DNA of 64,000 nt. Source: Magallana gigas. Its lineage: Eukaryota. Each line of letters begins with the position of its first letter. Positions within the stretch are counted from its first letter, which is position 1. Positions 25,221 through 38,366 of this stretch are shown here, piece by piece. Where the stretch lies: positions 20,770,001 to 20,834,000 of the forward strand of contig NC_088860.1 in NCBI RefSeq assembly GCF_963853765.1, written 5' to 3'. A program made the translations under genes and the position numbers. A model generated the notes under the pieces. It was given only the letters and a program-made list of their open reading frames with translations. It had not been told where the DNA came from and ran no database searches.

Positions 25221-27855
25221 TTAAATGAATATACTAAGTTTTCTACGACAGGTGTCAACTACTTACCTGGAAAAAACAATTCTTATTTCATATTTCGAAA
25301 AATGCGTTGAAAAATTCCCTTTATGAAAATAAATTTAGATGAATACATTAAAATTCTAAAACAACAATACTGTTTTGAAATATACTTTTTCCGTTTCCAA
25401 ACATGGAGTATTTAGTGTTTCACGTCTTTTTCACGTTCACGGAAGCTCCAAGGAAGTTTGGTGGCAGCAGGGGCAATTCAGTTTTTGATTGGAGCAACAG
25501 GATTAGTCAGCCTCCTTCTGAAATTCATTGGACCAATCACAATCGTTCCAACACTTCTTCTGATTACCGTTTTTCTCGTCAGAGCATGTGTTAAATTTGC
25601 TTCCGTTAATTGGGGCATAGCGTTAATGTGAGTTGAAACAATTAAATAATTTTATATAATTTCATACAATCAGATTGCTATTTTGGAAGTCACTGACTAC
25701 TGTTATGTTATTGAAGGGTAGCAGCAGTATCACTGATACTGTCACTATATCTCAGTTATTACAATACACCTATTCCGATGTGGACGAAGAAGAAAGGTTT
25801 TCATATCCTGTGGTTTCCATTACATCAAGTGTATTCGGTATGTTTTTAAAGATTATACCGCCAACAGCATTTATAATTTCTGATAATATTTTTAGGAAAG
25901 GATTTCTATCTAGCAAATTTAAATTTATTGTATTGTCGAGCCTTAGCCAGAAAATGATAAACAGTAACAGCACTTCATACTTCAAATCAGCATGTCATCT
26001 CGTACTTAGTATTGCGATGCAATGTCGAAATCATACTTGTATATGTATATGTAGGGTATTCAAGTCGCGTAGAACACAGGATGAACCAGTATTCAAAAAT
26101 AAAGTTAAAACCTTACTTTCAACAATAAAATCAGATTTATGAAATGTGATTTTAGCCGCAAGGTACATGTAAATAATCAAAATATTAAAACCAAACATCA
26201 CATTGTGTATTTCACGTAAAGCAATGCTCCTATACCTATTCCTGGGTTTTTAGATCCTTATTGGGATTCTAGTTGGTTGGTTTGTGTGTGGTGTAATGAC
26301 AGTGGCAGGTGCGTTTAGTCCTGATGACAAGTTGGCGAGAACAGACACTGGCTTGGACGCCATTAGAAAAGCTGATTGGTTCCGGCTACCATACCCAGGT
26401 ATTTCTGCTAATCAACTACTCAATTATTTGACAACATGCCGCCCTGATCATGATTCACATATAATGAGAAATAATGACATTGTATACATTGAATTTGATT
26501 ATCAACTGCTAAACTGAATTTTTACGAACTTTTCAGATCAGTTCGGTTCGATTTCGTTCAGTGCGAGCATTTTTATGGGATTTTTTATAGGAACTATTAT
26601 GTCTATACTCGATTCTATTGGGGACTACTACGCATGCGCCAAAATATGCAATCTTCCTCCTCCACCAGCACATTGTGTAAATCGAGGGATAGCCATTGAG
26701 GGATTTTGTAGCCTTATCGCGGGCTTCCTTGGTTGTGGACATGCTACGACAACTTATGGCGCAAACATTGGTGCAATTGGCGTGACAAAGGTTAAAAATC
26801 ATTGCATCGTATATGAATATATTTGGTCAAAGATGTTTCATTCTTAACCAGCCCATTTTATGTCCTCGCAATAAATGATTTGCTTCCGAGTAAGTAGTTT
26901 TTTAGCTGTATTTAAGAAAATACGCACATTATTTATCAAAAATTTATCTAATACGACTTTTCAGGCTTTTCCAACAATCCGAGATATAGACGGAAAACCC
27001 TATAATAATCCTGTTATGTAATATTCAATACGCAAGTACTGGTTCTATCTTTAGATTAAATTGTCTGCTCTTAATTGGTTCCAAACGCTACCACTGTAGA
27101 AATGGCGCTTTTGTAATCGTAATCAATGACAGCGAAACCAGTCCTATTGAGCTCTTGCGTAGGAATATTTACGACTACAAAATATATAAATTGTTCGTAC
27201 TTTTCAAAATATAGCTATTTTCAAGGTATTTATAAATAAGTTTCTCTAAAAAAAAATTCCTCTGATTACTTAACATCGAATTCATCGAGTAATTTCAAGC
27301 GCTTAGTCTTGTTAGTGGTGATGATTTGTCCAAACACTCTTTTACTTCCGTAACTGCATAGAAGAATTTATGAAAATCAAATGCAAGAATTTTTTTTCAG
27401 ACATGTTGAAATTTATATTCTAATTCATGGTAAAATAACAAATGTGATTAAATACAACAGCTGCATTGAAAGCAAAACTTAATTTTCACTTAATTCTCTT
27501 TTAATTCCAAGGTTGTAGCCAAGAATATGAAGGCATGGGAAGCACTGTTATTATTTTCTGAAGTACACAATTTATACACTTTCTTCATGGAAAAAAGACA
27601 TGATAATAATTATTTGATACGTATATATGTTTAGGATCAGTAACCAGTGACGGCGTGATCAAAATGCTACTTGTTTACCCCAACCTGTGCGCGGGTGTTG
27701 TTGCCTGCTTTCTGGACAATACAGTCAAAGGTTGCTTTTTTCAATCTCTCATATTTCATAGATATTGCATTTATTGAATGGTAGCTGTTTACGAGGGTAT
27801 TTTTATTTTTTAAATTTTCTATTCTATATCTAAATGAGAATATATTTGATCTTAA

Positions 27856-28284
27856 AGGGGCATGGTCACGATTTTGGTCAAATTCTATTTTCCTTTTTTT
27901 ATTATTTACAATGCATTTCTAATGATAAAATGAGATTTCATGTAGACAAGGCTCGTGCCCAGTTTTTGATTACATTGGTACAATATACCAGTAAAACATC
28001 TTTTTCAACCTGATTTGTCTATCTTTATATTAATTTTAAGCATGATTAAACAGTTCCTTATGTTTAACACATTTATTTTAGGTCTGACATTAGAATTTTC
28101 ACTTCAAAATTCAAAATGTAAACAGACTTTGTTTAGATAGCAAAGAATTTCAAGCTGTGTAATTTTCTTAAAACTCAACGAATAAATCTCAAATTTTAGA
28201 TGCCTTTTAAGAATACCTTACTGAAGCATGGTAAAAATTAAAATCGGAAAAATTATTTTCGACCAAAATCGTGACCATGCCCCG
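27856..28284. mobile_element. Kolobok-like MITE in the last intron of copy A
   Basis: TTAA flanks and TIRs; present at the same position in copy B (35017-35485), so it predates the duplication. Confidence 0.88.
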
Positions 28285-30268
28285 TTAAGATAACAAAACA
28301 AAGTGACATTAGATATAAACAATGTATGTTTATATGTATGCATGTCAAAACTTCATAATGATAAATGAAATAAATATTGTAAGCTGGATTCACCAAAATT
28401 CAATACGCAAACAAAACTATGTTTAGGATTAAGAATACTAGTACTTTTTAAAAAAAAAAGTTTATTTAAAAAAGTATCTCTAACACGCAACAAAACTCTA
28501 TTTATGTTTTTAACAACGATTGTAATGCATTCTGTATGGCTATTAATTATGTTCCTCTTGAAACGGTAAGAGAAATTACTTAATTTGACCGTTTTTTTAT
28601 TGAACATTACCTCTATCTGAATGCATGGCAATTTCATGATTATTTGTTTATTTGTTTAAATTCAGGTACTTTGAAAGAAAGAGGAATTGAGGCATGGCAG
28701 GTAATGATCGACGACAAATCAGACAATATGAAAGAATTTGATGGTGACGTCACGATCTATGACATCCCTCTCCCACGATATCTAAAGAAATCCAATGTCT
28801 TCCGGCGTTTACCATTTATTCCTCCTGTTCGTGAATAATTGCCATGTCATTTTTCTATTGTTTTTATCCACAACGTTTATTATTGTTATAAGTGAAATAG
28901 TATAAATGCGTTTAGGCTTTACTATTATAATTTATTTACACATATATTGCTATTTTAACAAAAAGAAATGATTTATATAATAGATAGATCATAAAGTTTT
29001 AGAAAAATAACTTGTTCAAGTTTTACATGCTTATATGCGGAAAACTAAAAATTAGTTTATTCTAATTAATAAATGGTTGTTTAAACTCTAAAGATGCTGA
29101 TTGCCATGACTTCAAGCCTAATGAGCGTGTACCTGAAATAAAAGAGTGCTTGTCAGATATTTCATGTATATAATTATATCCATGTAGAACTCCCACACAC
29201 AAAAAAAAACAAATATTAAAAAAATCATAGTAATAAAATCATACATCCATACTCAGGAGACAGTAACTGTCACACATATTGATTTGTCCTTTTACAAACT
29301 TACTTTTTCACAAATATATTACGAAATACTTATTTACATCTAACAAGCTGAAACGTGATTCTAATTAATTTGTTTTATGCTTTTCAAATCAGACAATACT
29401 AAAAAGTAAAGATAGTTAAAGTATTATATAATATAGTACTTAACAATCGATAAATTCGATGCAATGTTTTGAAAAGCATTTTTTAAATAGAAATATTCAA
29501 ATTCGATATGATATATGTACAAACAATTCATACAGTTGGTACATGTAAATGTAAATACCCATAAATGATTGCTTGAACCAGAAATTATTCTTTCCTGAAT
29601 AAAAATCAACTCTCGTCAGTTCTTTAAGAACTTTGATTTGTGATGCTTTAACTGGGTTGGAAAATATGATGAAACAGCTCACAAAGGCGAGCAGTACAGG
29701 CCTCACAGCAAGCTATCTACATTTACAACGAAAACAAATATTCTGATAGACTAAGAATATTCAATATCTTTTCAATAACTGTATGATTTAAAATCAAAAT
29801 TTCTGCAAAAACCACCTTATCATATTGCTTATTCAGTATGTCCAATTTTCAATCTTAGAAATATTTTTGACATTGCATTTATATATTTACGTGGATTCTC
29901 TAATAACAGAACAGTGTTACTAAATAAAACCAAAAATTGGAGTTAGGGCTTAAGTTTCATTATTTTTGTATGATAATTTAGATGCTTATTATTGGTTTCT
30001 AACCCTATAGGCCTAAAATACCTTTCTAAAGAGCACAAAATATGATGCAATTTTACCACGTGAACGTGGGTATACATATAGATAGACTACAGGTATATGT
30101 AGCCCAACGTTTCTGTAACCGATCTACATTCATGCCTATGCATTAAACATGGAGAAGCTCATACGTCTTCCATATCAGGCCGACTTTTAAAAGACACATT
30201 CATCCATCATTATTGAATGTATCATCGAAGAGAAATCAAGATATAGATTTTTGTGAATTGAAAAGAAA

Positions 30269-31522
30269 ATGGGTACCGCAGAAGAAAATGGGCTTGAAGC
30301 AAAATATGAGCGAGACAATTACGTTGAAAAAGGAACTGGGTTTGAAACGGGGAAAATGATTAAAGATGAAGAAAAGAATAATCTGGTTGTTGAGATTGAA
30401 ACAGATCCGAAGCAGCATATCTTGTATAAGGCAGGGGATCACCCACCGATTTATCTAACCATTTTCTGTGGTTTTCAGGTAATATATCTTTTTTTTAGTC
30501 CACCGGAATCTGTATCATTTAGTCATTGTATATTGTAAAGAAAACTAGGATTAAATGCACCGATGCATAGTAACAGAGTTTGCAATGCTGTAGAAGCAGA
30601 AATATTCGTTGAGAATTATTTTCGTTATCACCATAAATCAACGAAACTAAATCCATGACGAATTTTTAATCAAAATATTAATGAATACAAAGAAATTACG
30701 ATATGGCGAAACTAAATGCCAACGGAATTTTATTTGGTACAAAAACAACGAAGTTTTGACCCAACGAAAATATGTGCTTCTACAGTATGTAACTAGCCGT
30801 AAGTAAGGTCAAGTAATAATTACGACACATTCCATTCTGACGGTTAACACTGAAGAAAATGGGTGAATAAGGCGTGTATAATGCCTACATAAGGACAGAT
30901 AAGATACTGTAAAATTATCAACAAATCTGATAATCGCTTTTTAAAGCTATTAATTACAATGTATATTTAACATTATATCTATTAGTAATCTTTAAATATG
31001 TTAAATACTTGGAATATGTTGATTTAAACCAGAGTATGCGTGTTAAAACTTCCATCTAGTGTCATTTTTAAGAACTTCACTGCGTTTTCTTTTATAGTTA
31101 GGGTCGGTCCAAGCTCCATATATCTTGCTTGTAACTCAATATTCACTCTCAAACTTTGACATAGTATTATAAATACCCATATTAACCATATTAGACAATA
31201 TAAATGGAAAAATAAAATATGAAATTTAAGCTCAAATTTTGTCCAGGTCCCTTTAAGCAAAATTGTAAGATAACCTCTGAAAAGACGATCAATGTAAAAC
31301 AAAAGATCTTTTCAACTATTATCTTGTAAAATACTCTGTAAAGATTTTTATTTTGTCCCACAGCACACTTTAGTCTCGCTTTCTAATGTGATGGCAGTTT
31401 CTCTTTTGGTATCCGACGTCACCTGTGCAAATCTGGATGACGACATCAAGTCCACCCTTCTTAGCTCTACAATGTTGATGTCTGGTGTCTGTACAGTTAT
31501 GATGTGTCTGTTAGGTTCCAGG

Positions 31523-31582
<60 letters not shown>

Positions 31583-34500
31583 TGTATCTCACAACGTGTG
31601 ATTACATGTAGAATCAGTATTTACTATCATTTCATTATTCTTCCGTAGACTTCCTTTGTTCCAAGGCGCTGCTTCAGAATTTTTGATTCCTTTGCTTGCA
31701 ATGCAGGTTTTAGATAAATCAAAGTGTGATTTTCCAGCAAAAATTTATATAGGTATGAATATACTTTTAATCACCAAAAAAACATTTTCTGGAAGTGTAC
31801 ACTCGTGTTGTCGTTTTTTTGTTGGGGTTTTTTTTTTGGGGGGGGGGGGGGGTTGTTTGGTTTTTATTTGTTGTGGTATTTTTTTTTTGTTTTGTTTTCT
31901 TTTTTCAAAATTGTATTTTGACAGAGCAGTTTTATCTCGGAGTAAGTATTTTAGACAAATATTTATTACAAGTAAATTTTATCTCCTTTTATTCGGTGTA
32001 TCATTTTAGACACAAACTCTACGATAACAAACACGTCTGGTATACATCTTGATCAACATAGCGAGTTTATACTGAAGAATATTCGAGAGGTGAGCATCTT
32101 TCATTTGTTTATGTACATATATCAAGATTTAAGCAGATAAACGTTACAAACTGTAAAAATAATTAAATTTAAATGAATGTTTTGCTTGATGGGTGTCTAC
32201 TATTTACCTAGAAAAGAATTCTTATTTCATATTTCGAACATAGAAGAATTTCCCCTATTTAAGAAAAAATTGATGAATACATTAAAATGACAATACTGTT
32301 TTGTAGTAATATGGAGTATTTAGTGTTTCACGTCTATTTCACGTTCACGGAAGCTCCAAGGAAGTTTGGTGGCAGCAGGGACTATCCAATTTTTGATTGG
32401 AGCAACAGGATTAGTCAGCCTCCTTCTGAAATTCATCGGACCAATCACAATCGTTCCAACACTTCTTCTGATTACCGTTTTTCTCGTCAGAGCATGTGTT
32501 AAATTTGCTTCCGTTAATTGGGGCATAGCGTTAATGTGAGTTGAAACAATTAAATAATTTTATTTAATTTCATACAATCAGATGGCTATTTTGGAAGTCA
32601 CTGACTACTTTTATGTTGTTGAAGGGTAGCAGCAGTATCACTGATACTGTCGCTCTATCTAAGCCATCACAACACCCCAATTCCAATGTGGACGAGAAAG
32701 AGAGGTTTTCATATCCTGTGGTTTCCATTACACCAAGTATATTCGGTAGGTTTTCATAGATATACGGCCAATTGCATGCATGATTCATTCTAATATTTTT
32801 AGAAAAAGGTTTCTATCTAGCAAATTTAAATTTATTGTATTGTCGAGCCTTAGCCAGAAAATGATTAACAGTAACAGCAATTCATACTTCAAATCAGCAT
32901 GTCATCTCGTACTTAGTATTGCGATGCAATGTCGAAATCATACTTACATGTATATGTAAGGGTATTCAAGTCGCGTCGAACACAGGATAAACCAGTATTC
33001 AAAAATAAAGTTAAAACCTTTCTTTCAAAAATGAAATCAGATTTAAGAAATGAGATTTTAGCTGCAAGGTACATGTAAATAATCAAAATATTAAAACCAA
33101 ACATCACATTGTGTATTTCACGTAAAGCAATGTTCCTATACCTATTCCTGGGTTTTTAGATCCTTATTGGGATTCTAGTTGGTTGGTTTGTGTGTGGTGT
33201 AATGACAGTGGCAGGTACGTTTAGTCCTGATGACAAGTTGGCGAGAACAGACACTGGCTTGGACGCCATTAGAAAAGCTGATTGGTTCCGGCTACCATAC
33301 CCAGGTATTTCTGCTAATCAACTACTCAATTATTTGACAACATGCCCTGATCACATTTAATGAGAAATAATGACATTGTATACATTGAATTTGATTTTCA
33401 ACTGCTAAATTGAATTTTACGAACTTTTCAGGTCAGTTCGGTTCCATTTCGTTCAGTGCGAGCATTTTTATGGGATTTTTTATAGGAACTATTATGTCTA
33501 TTCTCGATTCTATTGGGGACTACTACGCATGCGCCAAAATATGCAATCTTCCTCCTCCACCAGCACATTGTGTAAATCGAGGGATAGCCATTGAGGGATT
33601 TTGTAGCCTTATCGCGGGCTTCCTTGGTTGTGGACATGCTACGACAACGTATGGAGGAAACATTGGTGCAATTGGCGTGACAAAGGTTAAAAATCATTGC
33701 ATCGTATATTAATATATTTGGTCAACGATGTTTCATTCTTAACCAGCCCATGTTATGTCCTCGCAATAAATGATTTGCTTTCGTCATTACATTAATTATT
33801 TTACAATAAGACTTTGTTATAAAAGTGTATTTTGTCGATAATTATTCATTGACAACATTAAAATTATCTTGTCTTTGCATAATTGCTTTTCCATCTTCTT
33901 TCTAAAATTATCCTGTTTTCATAATTTGCTTTTTCATCTTCTACGTAGGTAGCCAGTAGAGATGTGTTTATCGCTACTGGTGTGATATATTTCATATTCG
34001 GTATCATTGGGAAGATTTCAGCCGTTTTCCTTACCATTCCTTATCCAGTCTTAGGCGGAGCGCTCATTGTGATGTTTGGAATGTTCAACGGTGTCGTTCT
34101 ATCGAACTTGCAAGTTGTCTCCCTTAGCTCAACCAGAAATCTTGCCATTATGGGAACAGCTATCTTGTTTGGTTTCATGATTCCGTATTGGTTGGAGACA
34201 AATCCTGATGCTATTCAAACAGGTGTCATGTTTTCAAAGTATTAAAATCAAATGAGAGAAGACAACAGCAATAGAAACACATTTTCTAAGTACTGACTGG
34301 GTTTGGTTTTATTGATTATTATTAATTTTGAAACCAACGATATGTAAATTCGCATGGCAAGTAGTTTCTTAGCTGTGTTTGAGAAAATACGCACATTGTT
34401 TATCAAAAATTTATCTAATACGACTTGTCAGGCAAATCCAAGCTATAGACGGAAAACCCTATATTAATCATGTTATGTAATATTCAATACGCAAGTATTT

Positions 34501-36032
34501 TTTCTATCTTTAGATTAAATTGTCTGCTCTTAATTGGTTCCAAACGCTACCACTGTAGAAATGGCGCTTTTGTAATTAATGACAGTGAAACCAGTCCTAT
34601 TGAGCTCTTGTGTAGGAATATACGACTACAAAATATATAAATTGTTCCTACTTTTCAAAATATAACTATTTTCAAGGTATTTATAAATAAGGTTCTCTGA
34701 AAAAAAAATCCTCTGATTACTTAACATCGAATTCATCGAGTATTTTCATGAAAAAAAGACATGATAATAATTATTTGATACGTATATATGTTTAGGATCA
34801 GTAACCAGTGATGGCGTGATCAAAATGCTGCTTGTTAACCCCAACCTGTGCGCGGGTGTTGTTGCCTGCTTTCTGGACAATACAGTCAAAGGTTGCTTTT
34901 TTTAATCTCTCATATTTCATAGATATTGCATTTATTGAATGATAGCTGTTTACGAGGGTATTTTTATTTTTTTAATTTTCTATTCTATATCTAAATGAGA
35001 ATATATTTGATCTTAAAGGGGCATGGTCAAATTCTATTTTTCTTTTTTTATTAATTACAATGCATTTCTAATGATAAAATGAAATGTCAGAGTTAATCGC
35101 AGAGTTATAAGCAAGATACAGGGCTCTCAATTCTTTTCATGTAAACAAGGCTCGTGCCCAGTTTTTGATTACATTGGTTCAATATACCAGTAAAAAATCT
35201 TTTTCAACCTGATTTGTCTATCTTTATATTAATTTTAAGCATAATTAAACAGTTGCTTATGTTTAACACATTTATTTTAGGTCTGAAATTAGAATTTTCA
35301 CTTCAAAATTCAAAATGTAAACAGACGGTTTGTTTACATAGCAAAGAATTTCAAGCTGTGTAATTTGCTTATAACTCAACGAAAAACACTCAAATTTTGG
35401 TTGCCTATTAAGAATGCCTTACTGAAGCATGGTAAAAATTAAAATAGGAAAAATTATTTTTGACCAAAATCGTGACCATGCCTCGTTAAGATAACAAAAC
35501 AAAGTGACATTAGATATAAACAATGTATGTTTATATGTATGCATGTCAAAACTTCATAATGATAAATGAAATAAAGCTGGATTCATTAAAATTCAAAACG
35601 CAAACAAAACTATATCTTAGGATTTAGAATACTTTTATTTTTTTAAAGTTTGTTATTTATAAAGGCATCTATAACACGCACCAAAACTCTTTTTATGTTT
35701 TTAAAAACGATTGTAATGCATTTTGTATGGCTAATAATTATGTTTCTCTTGAAACGGTAAGAGAAATTACTTAATTTGACCGATTTTTTTTTATTGAACA
35801 TTACCTCTATCTGAATGCATGGCAATTCCATGATTATTTGTATATTTGTTTAAATGCAGGTACTTTGAAAGAAAGAGGAATTGAGGCATGGCAGATAATG
35901 ATCGACGACAAAGCAGACAATATGAAAGAATTTGATGGTGACGTCACGATCTATGACATCCCTCTCCCACGATATCTAAAAAAATCCAAAGTCTTCCGGC
36001 GTTTACCATTTATTCCTCCTGTTCGTGAATAA
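30269..36032 (+). CDS. SLC23A: SLC23/NAT transporter copy B, intact, 598 aa
   Basis: Exons 30269-30478, 31364-31521, 31649-31752, 32010-32089, 32354-32535, 32625-32745, 33160-33304, 33432-33685, 33949-34222, 34796-34891, 35860-36032 sum to 1797 nt, in frame, all GT-AG. Motifs: TM1 FQH, RLPLFQG, DSIGDYYACA, NRGIAIEG, xNIGAIGVTKVASR, LGG..FGM, RNL..G, LDNTV. Confidence 0.93.
31527..31585. repeat. (CT)n(GT)n compound microsatellite in intron 2 of copy B
   Basis: Directly visible. Confidence 0.95.
35017..35485. mobile_element. Kolobok-like MITE in the last intron of copy B
   Basis: TTAA flanks and TIRs (left TIR partly deleted); paralogous to 27856-28284. Confidence 0.85.
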
Positions 36033-36175
36033 TTGCCATGTAATTTTTCTATTGTTTTCATTCGATGAATTATCGAATTCAGGCATCGATAATTTCGATG
36101 CGATGTTTTGAACAAACAATTTATACAGTAGGTACATGTACATGTGTAAATACCCATAAATGCTTGCTTGAACCA

Positions 36176-36823
36176 ATCAAAGTACTGAAGTACGGACGGG
36201 AGTTGATTTTATCGATCATCATTTATTTTAAAATCAATTTATCTTGCATGGCAATTAGTTTCTAGTTTGTATTTGAATTACGCACTTTTTTATAATACGA
36301 ATTTTTAGACTTTTCAGACAAGAATTTCGAGAAACCCCATATGAATCATGTTGTGTAATACTTAAAGATAGATTTCAACTACTAGTATGTATTAGTTATC
36401 GAAACAATTCTAAAAATTGTATGGATCCAAGCACTATTGATATCGAACTCTAGTCTCGTTTAACTAGAAGCTCGGCTGTTTCCGTTAATATCCGACAAGC
36501 AAGAGAGCCCCCTCTCTGCTTGTCGCAGATTTACGGAGACAGACGAGCGTCTGGTTGGACGAGACTCTATTAACTCTAGCGTAGGAATACATGAGACTAC
36601 AAAAATATCTAAATTGTTCGTAGTATATAAAATTTGACTTTTATTAAGGTGTTTATAGATATGTTTCCTTGAAAATCAATGCTTCATCATATATTTTTTT
36701 TTGTTTCTATTATTTTCAAGAACTTAGTCTTGTCAGCGGTGATGATTTGTGCTTAGGTCCAAACACTGTTTCACTTTCGGTTTGCCAGAGTAACTGCATA
36801 GGAGAGTTGAAAATCAACTTCCA
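36176..36823 (-). mobile_element. HINE/Helentron-like element between copies B and C
   Basis: Reverse copy of the 10877 family, palindrome at 36452-36566. It is absent from the homologous A-B spacer (GCTTGAACCA|GAAATTATTCTTTCCTG near 29580), with no clear TSD. Confidence 0.8.
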
Positions 36824-37264
36824 ATAATTATTCTTTCCTGTCAGTAAATAAAAATAAACTCTGGTCAGTTCTTTGAGAACTTTGATTTGTGATGCTTTAA
36901 CTGGGTTGGAAAATATGATGAAACAGCTTACAAAGGCGAGCAGTACAGGCCTCACAGCAAGCTATCTACATTTACAACGAAAACAAATATTCTGATAGAC
37001 TGAGAATATTCAATATCTTTTCAAAAACTGCATGATTTAAAATCAAAATTTTTGCAAAAAACCCCTTATCATATTGCTTATTCAGTGTGTCCAATTTTCA
37101 ATATTAGAAATATTTATGACATTGCATTTATATATTTACGTGGATTCTCTGATAACAGAACAGTGTATCTGAATAAAACCAATCATTGGATTTATGGCTT
37201 AAGTTTCATAATTTTTGTATGAAAATTTAGATGCTTATTATTGGTTTCTTACCCTATAGGCCTG

Positions 37265-37403
37265 GCTCCGTCGTCACCAATTTTCCTCAAATCGATACTC
37301 AGCCTCAAATCTGAGGTTTGACCTCAAGTTTATGCACTTTTCTTTACCGGATTTTAGTGGAGGAATGAGTTGAGGGATTTGAAAATTTTGGTGACGGTGG
37401 AGC
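37265..37403. mobile_element. 139-bp MITE upstream of copy C, probable CTG TSD (PIF/Harbinger-like)
   Basis: GCTCCGTCGTCACCAA ... TTGGTGACGGTGGAGC inverted ends; CTG on both sides; absent upstream of copy B (TATAGGCCTAAAATACC, ~30006-30022). Confidence 0.75.
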
Positions 37404-37652
37404 CTGAAATACCTTTCTTAAGTTTAAGTGCACAAAATATGATGCAATGATACGACGTGAACGTGGGTATACATAAAGATAGATTACAGGTATATGTAGC
37501 CCAGCGTTTCTGTAACCGATCTACATTTCATGCCTATGCATTAAACATGGAGAAGCTCATAGGCCGACTTTTAAAAGACACATTCATCCATCATCATTGA
37601 ATGTATCATCGAAGAGAAATCAAGATATAGATTTTTGTGAATTGAAAAGAAA

Positions 37653-38319
37653 ATGGGTACCGCAGAAGAAAATGGGCTTGAAGCAAAATATGAGCAAGAC
37701 AATTACGTTGAAAATGGAACCGGGTTTGAAACGAAGAAAATGATTAAAGATGAAGAAAAAAATAATCTGGTTGTTGAGATTGAAACAGATCCGAAGCAGC
37801 ATATCTTGTATAAGGCAGGGGATCACCCACCGATTTATCTAACCATTTTCTGTGGTTTTCAGGTAATATTTCTTTTTTTGGTCCACCGGTATCTGTATCA
37901 TTTAGTTATTGTATATTGTAAAGAAAACTAGGATTAAATGCACCGATGCATAGTAACAGAGTTTGCAATGCTGTAGAAGCAGAAATATTCGTTGAGAATT
38001 TTATTTCGTTATTTTCGTTAGCAGTATAATCAACGAAACTAAATCCATGACGAATTTTTAACCAAAGTATTAATTAATACAAAGAAATTACGATATGACG
38101 AAATTAAATGCCAACGGAATTTTATTTGTTACAAAAACAACGAAATTTTGACCCAACGAAAGTATGTGCTTCTACAGTATGTATCTAGCCGTAAGTAACG
38201 TCAAGTAATAATTACGACCTATTCCATACTGACGGTTAACACTAAAAAATCAAAGTACTGAAGTACTGAAAGCCGGGCTCTTTTGTTGTGTCTTTATGCA
38301 TATTGTGTAGTAAAGACTG

Positions 38320-38366
<47 letters not shown>

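Larger units (their letters stand above)
20519..28838 (+). pseudogene. SLC23A: SLC23/NAT copy A, probable pseudogene (exon 9 deleted)
   Basis: Exons 20519-20716, 23895-(gap at 24040), 24224-24327, 24567-24646, 25446-25627, 25717-25837, 26254-26398, 26537-26790, [no exon 9], 27635-27730, 28666-28838. The sequence flanking exon 9 in copy B is joined directly near 26885. Splicing exon 8 to exon 10 reads GAT CAG TAA. Confidence 0.8.
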
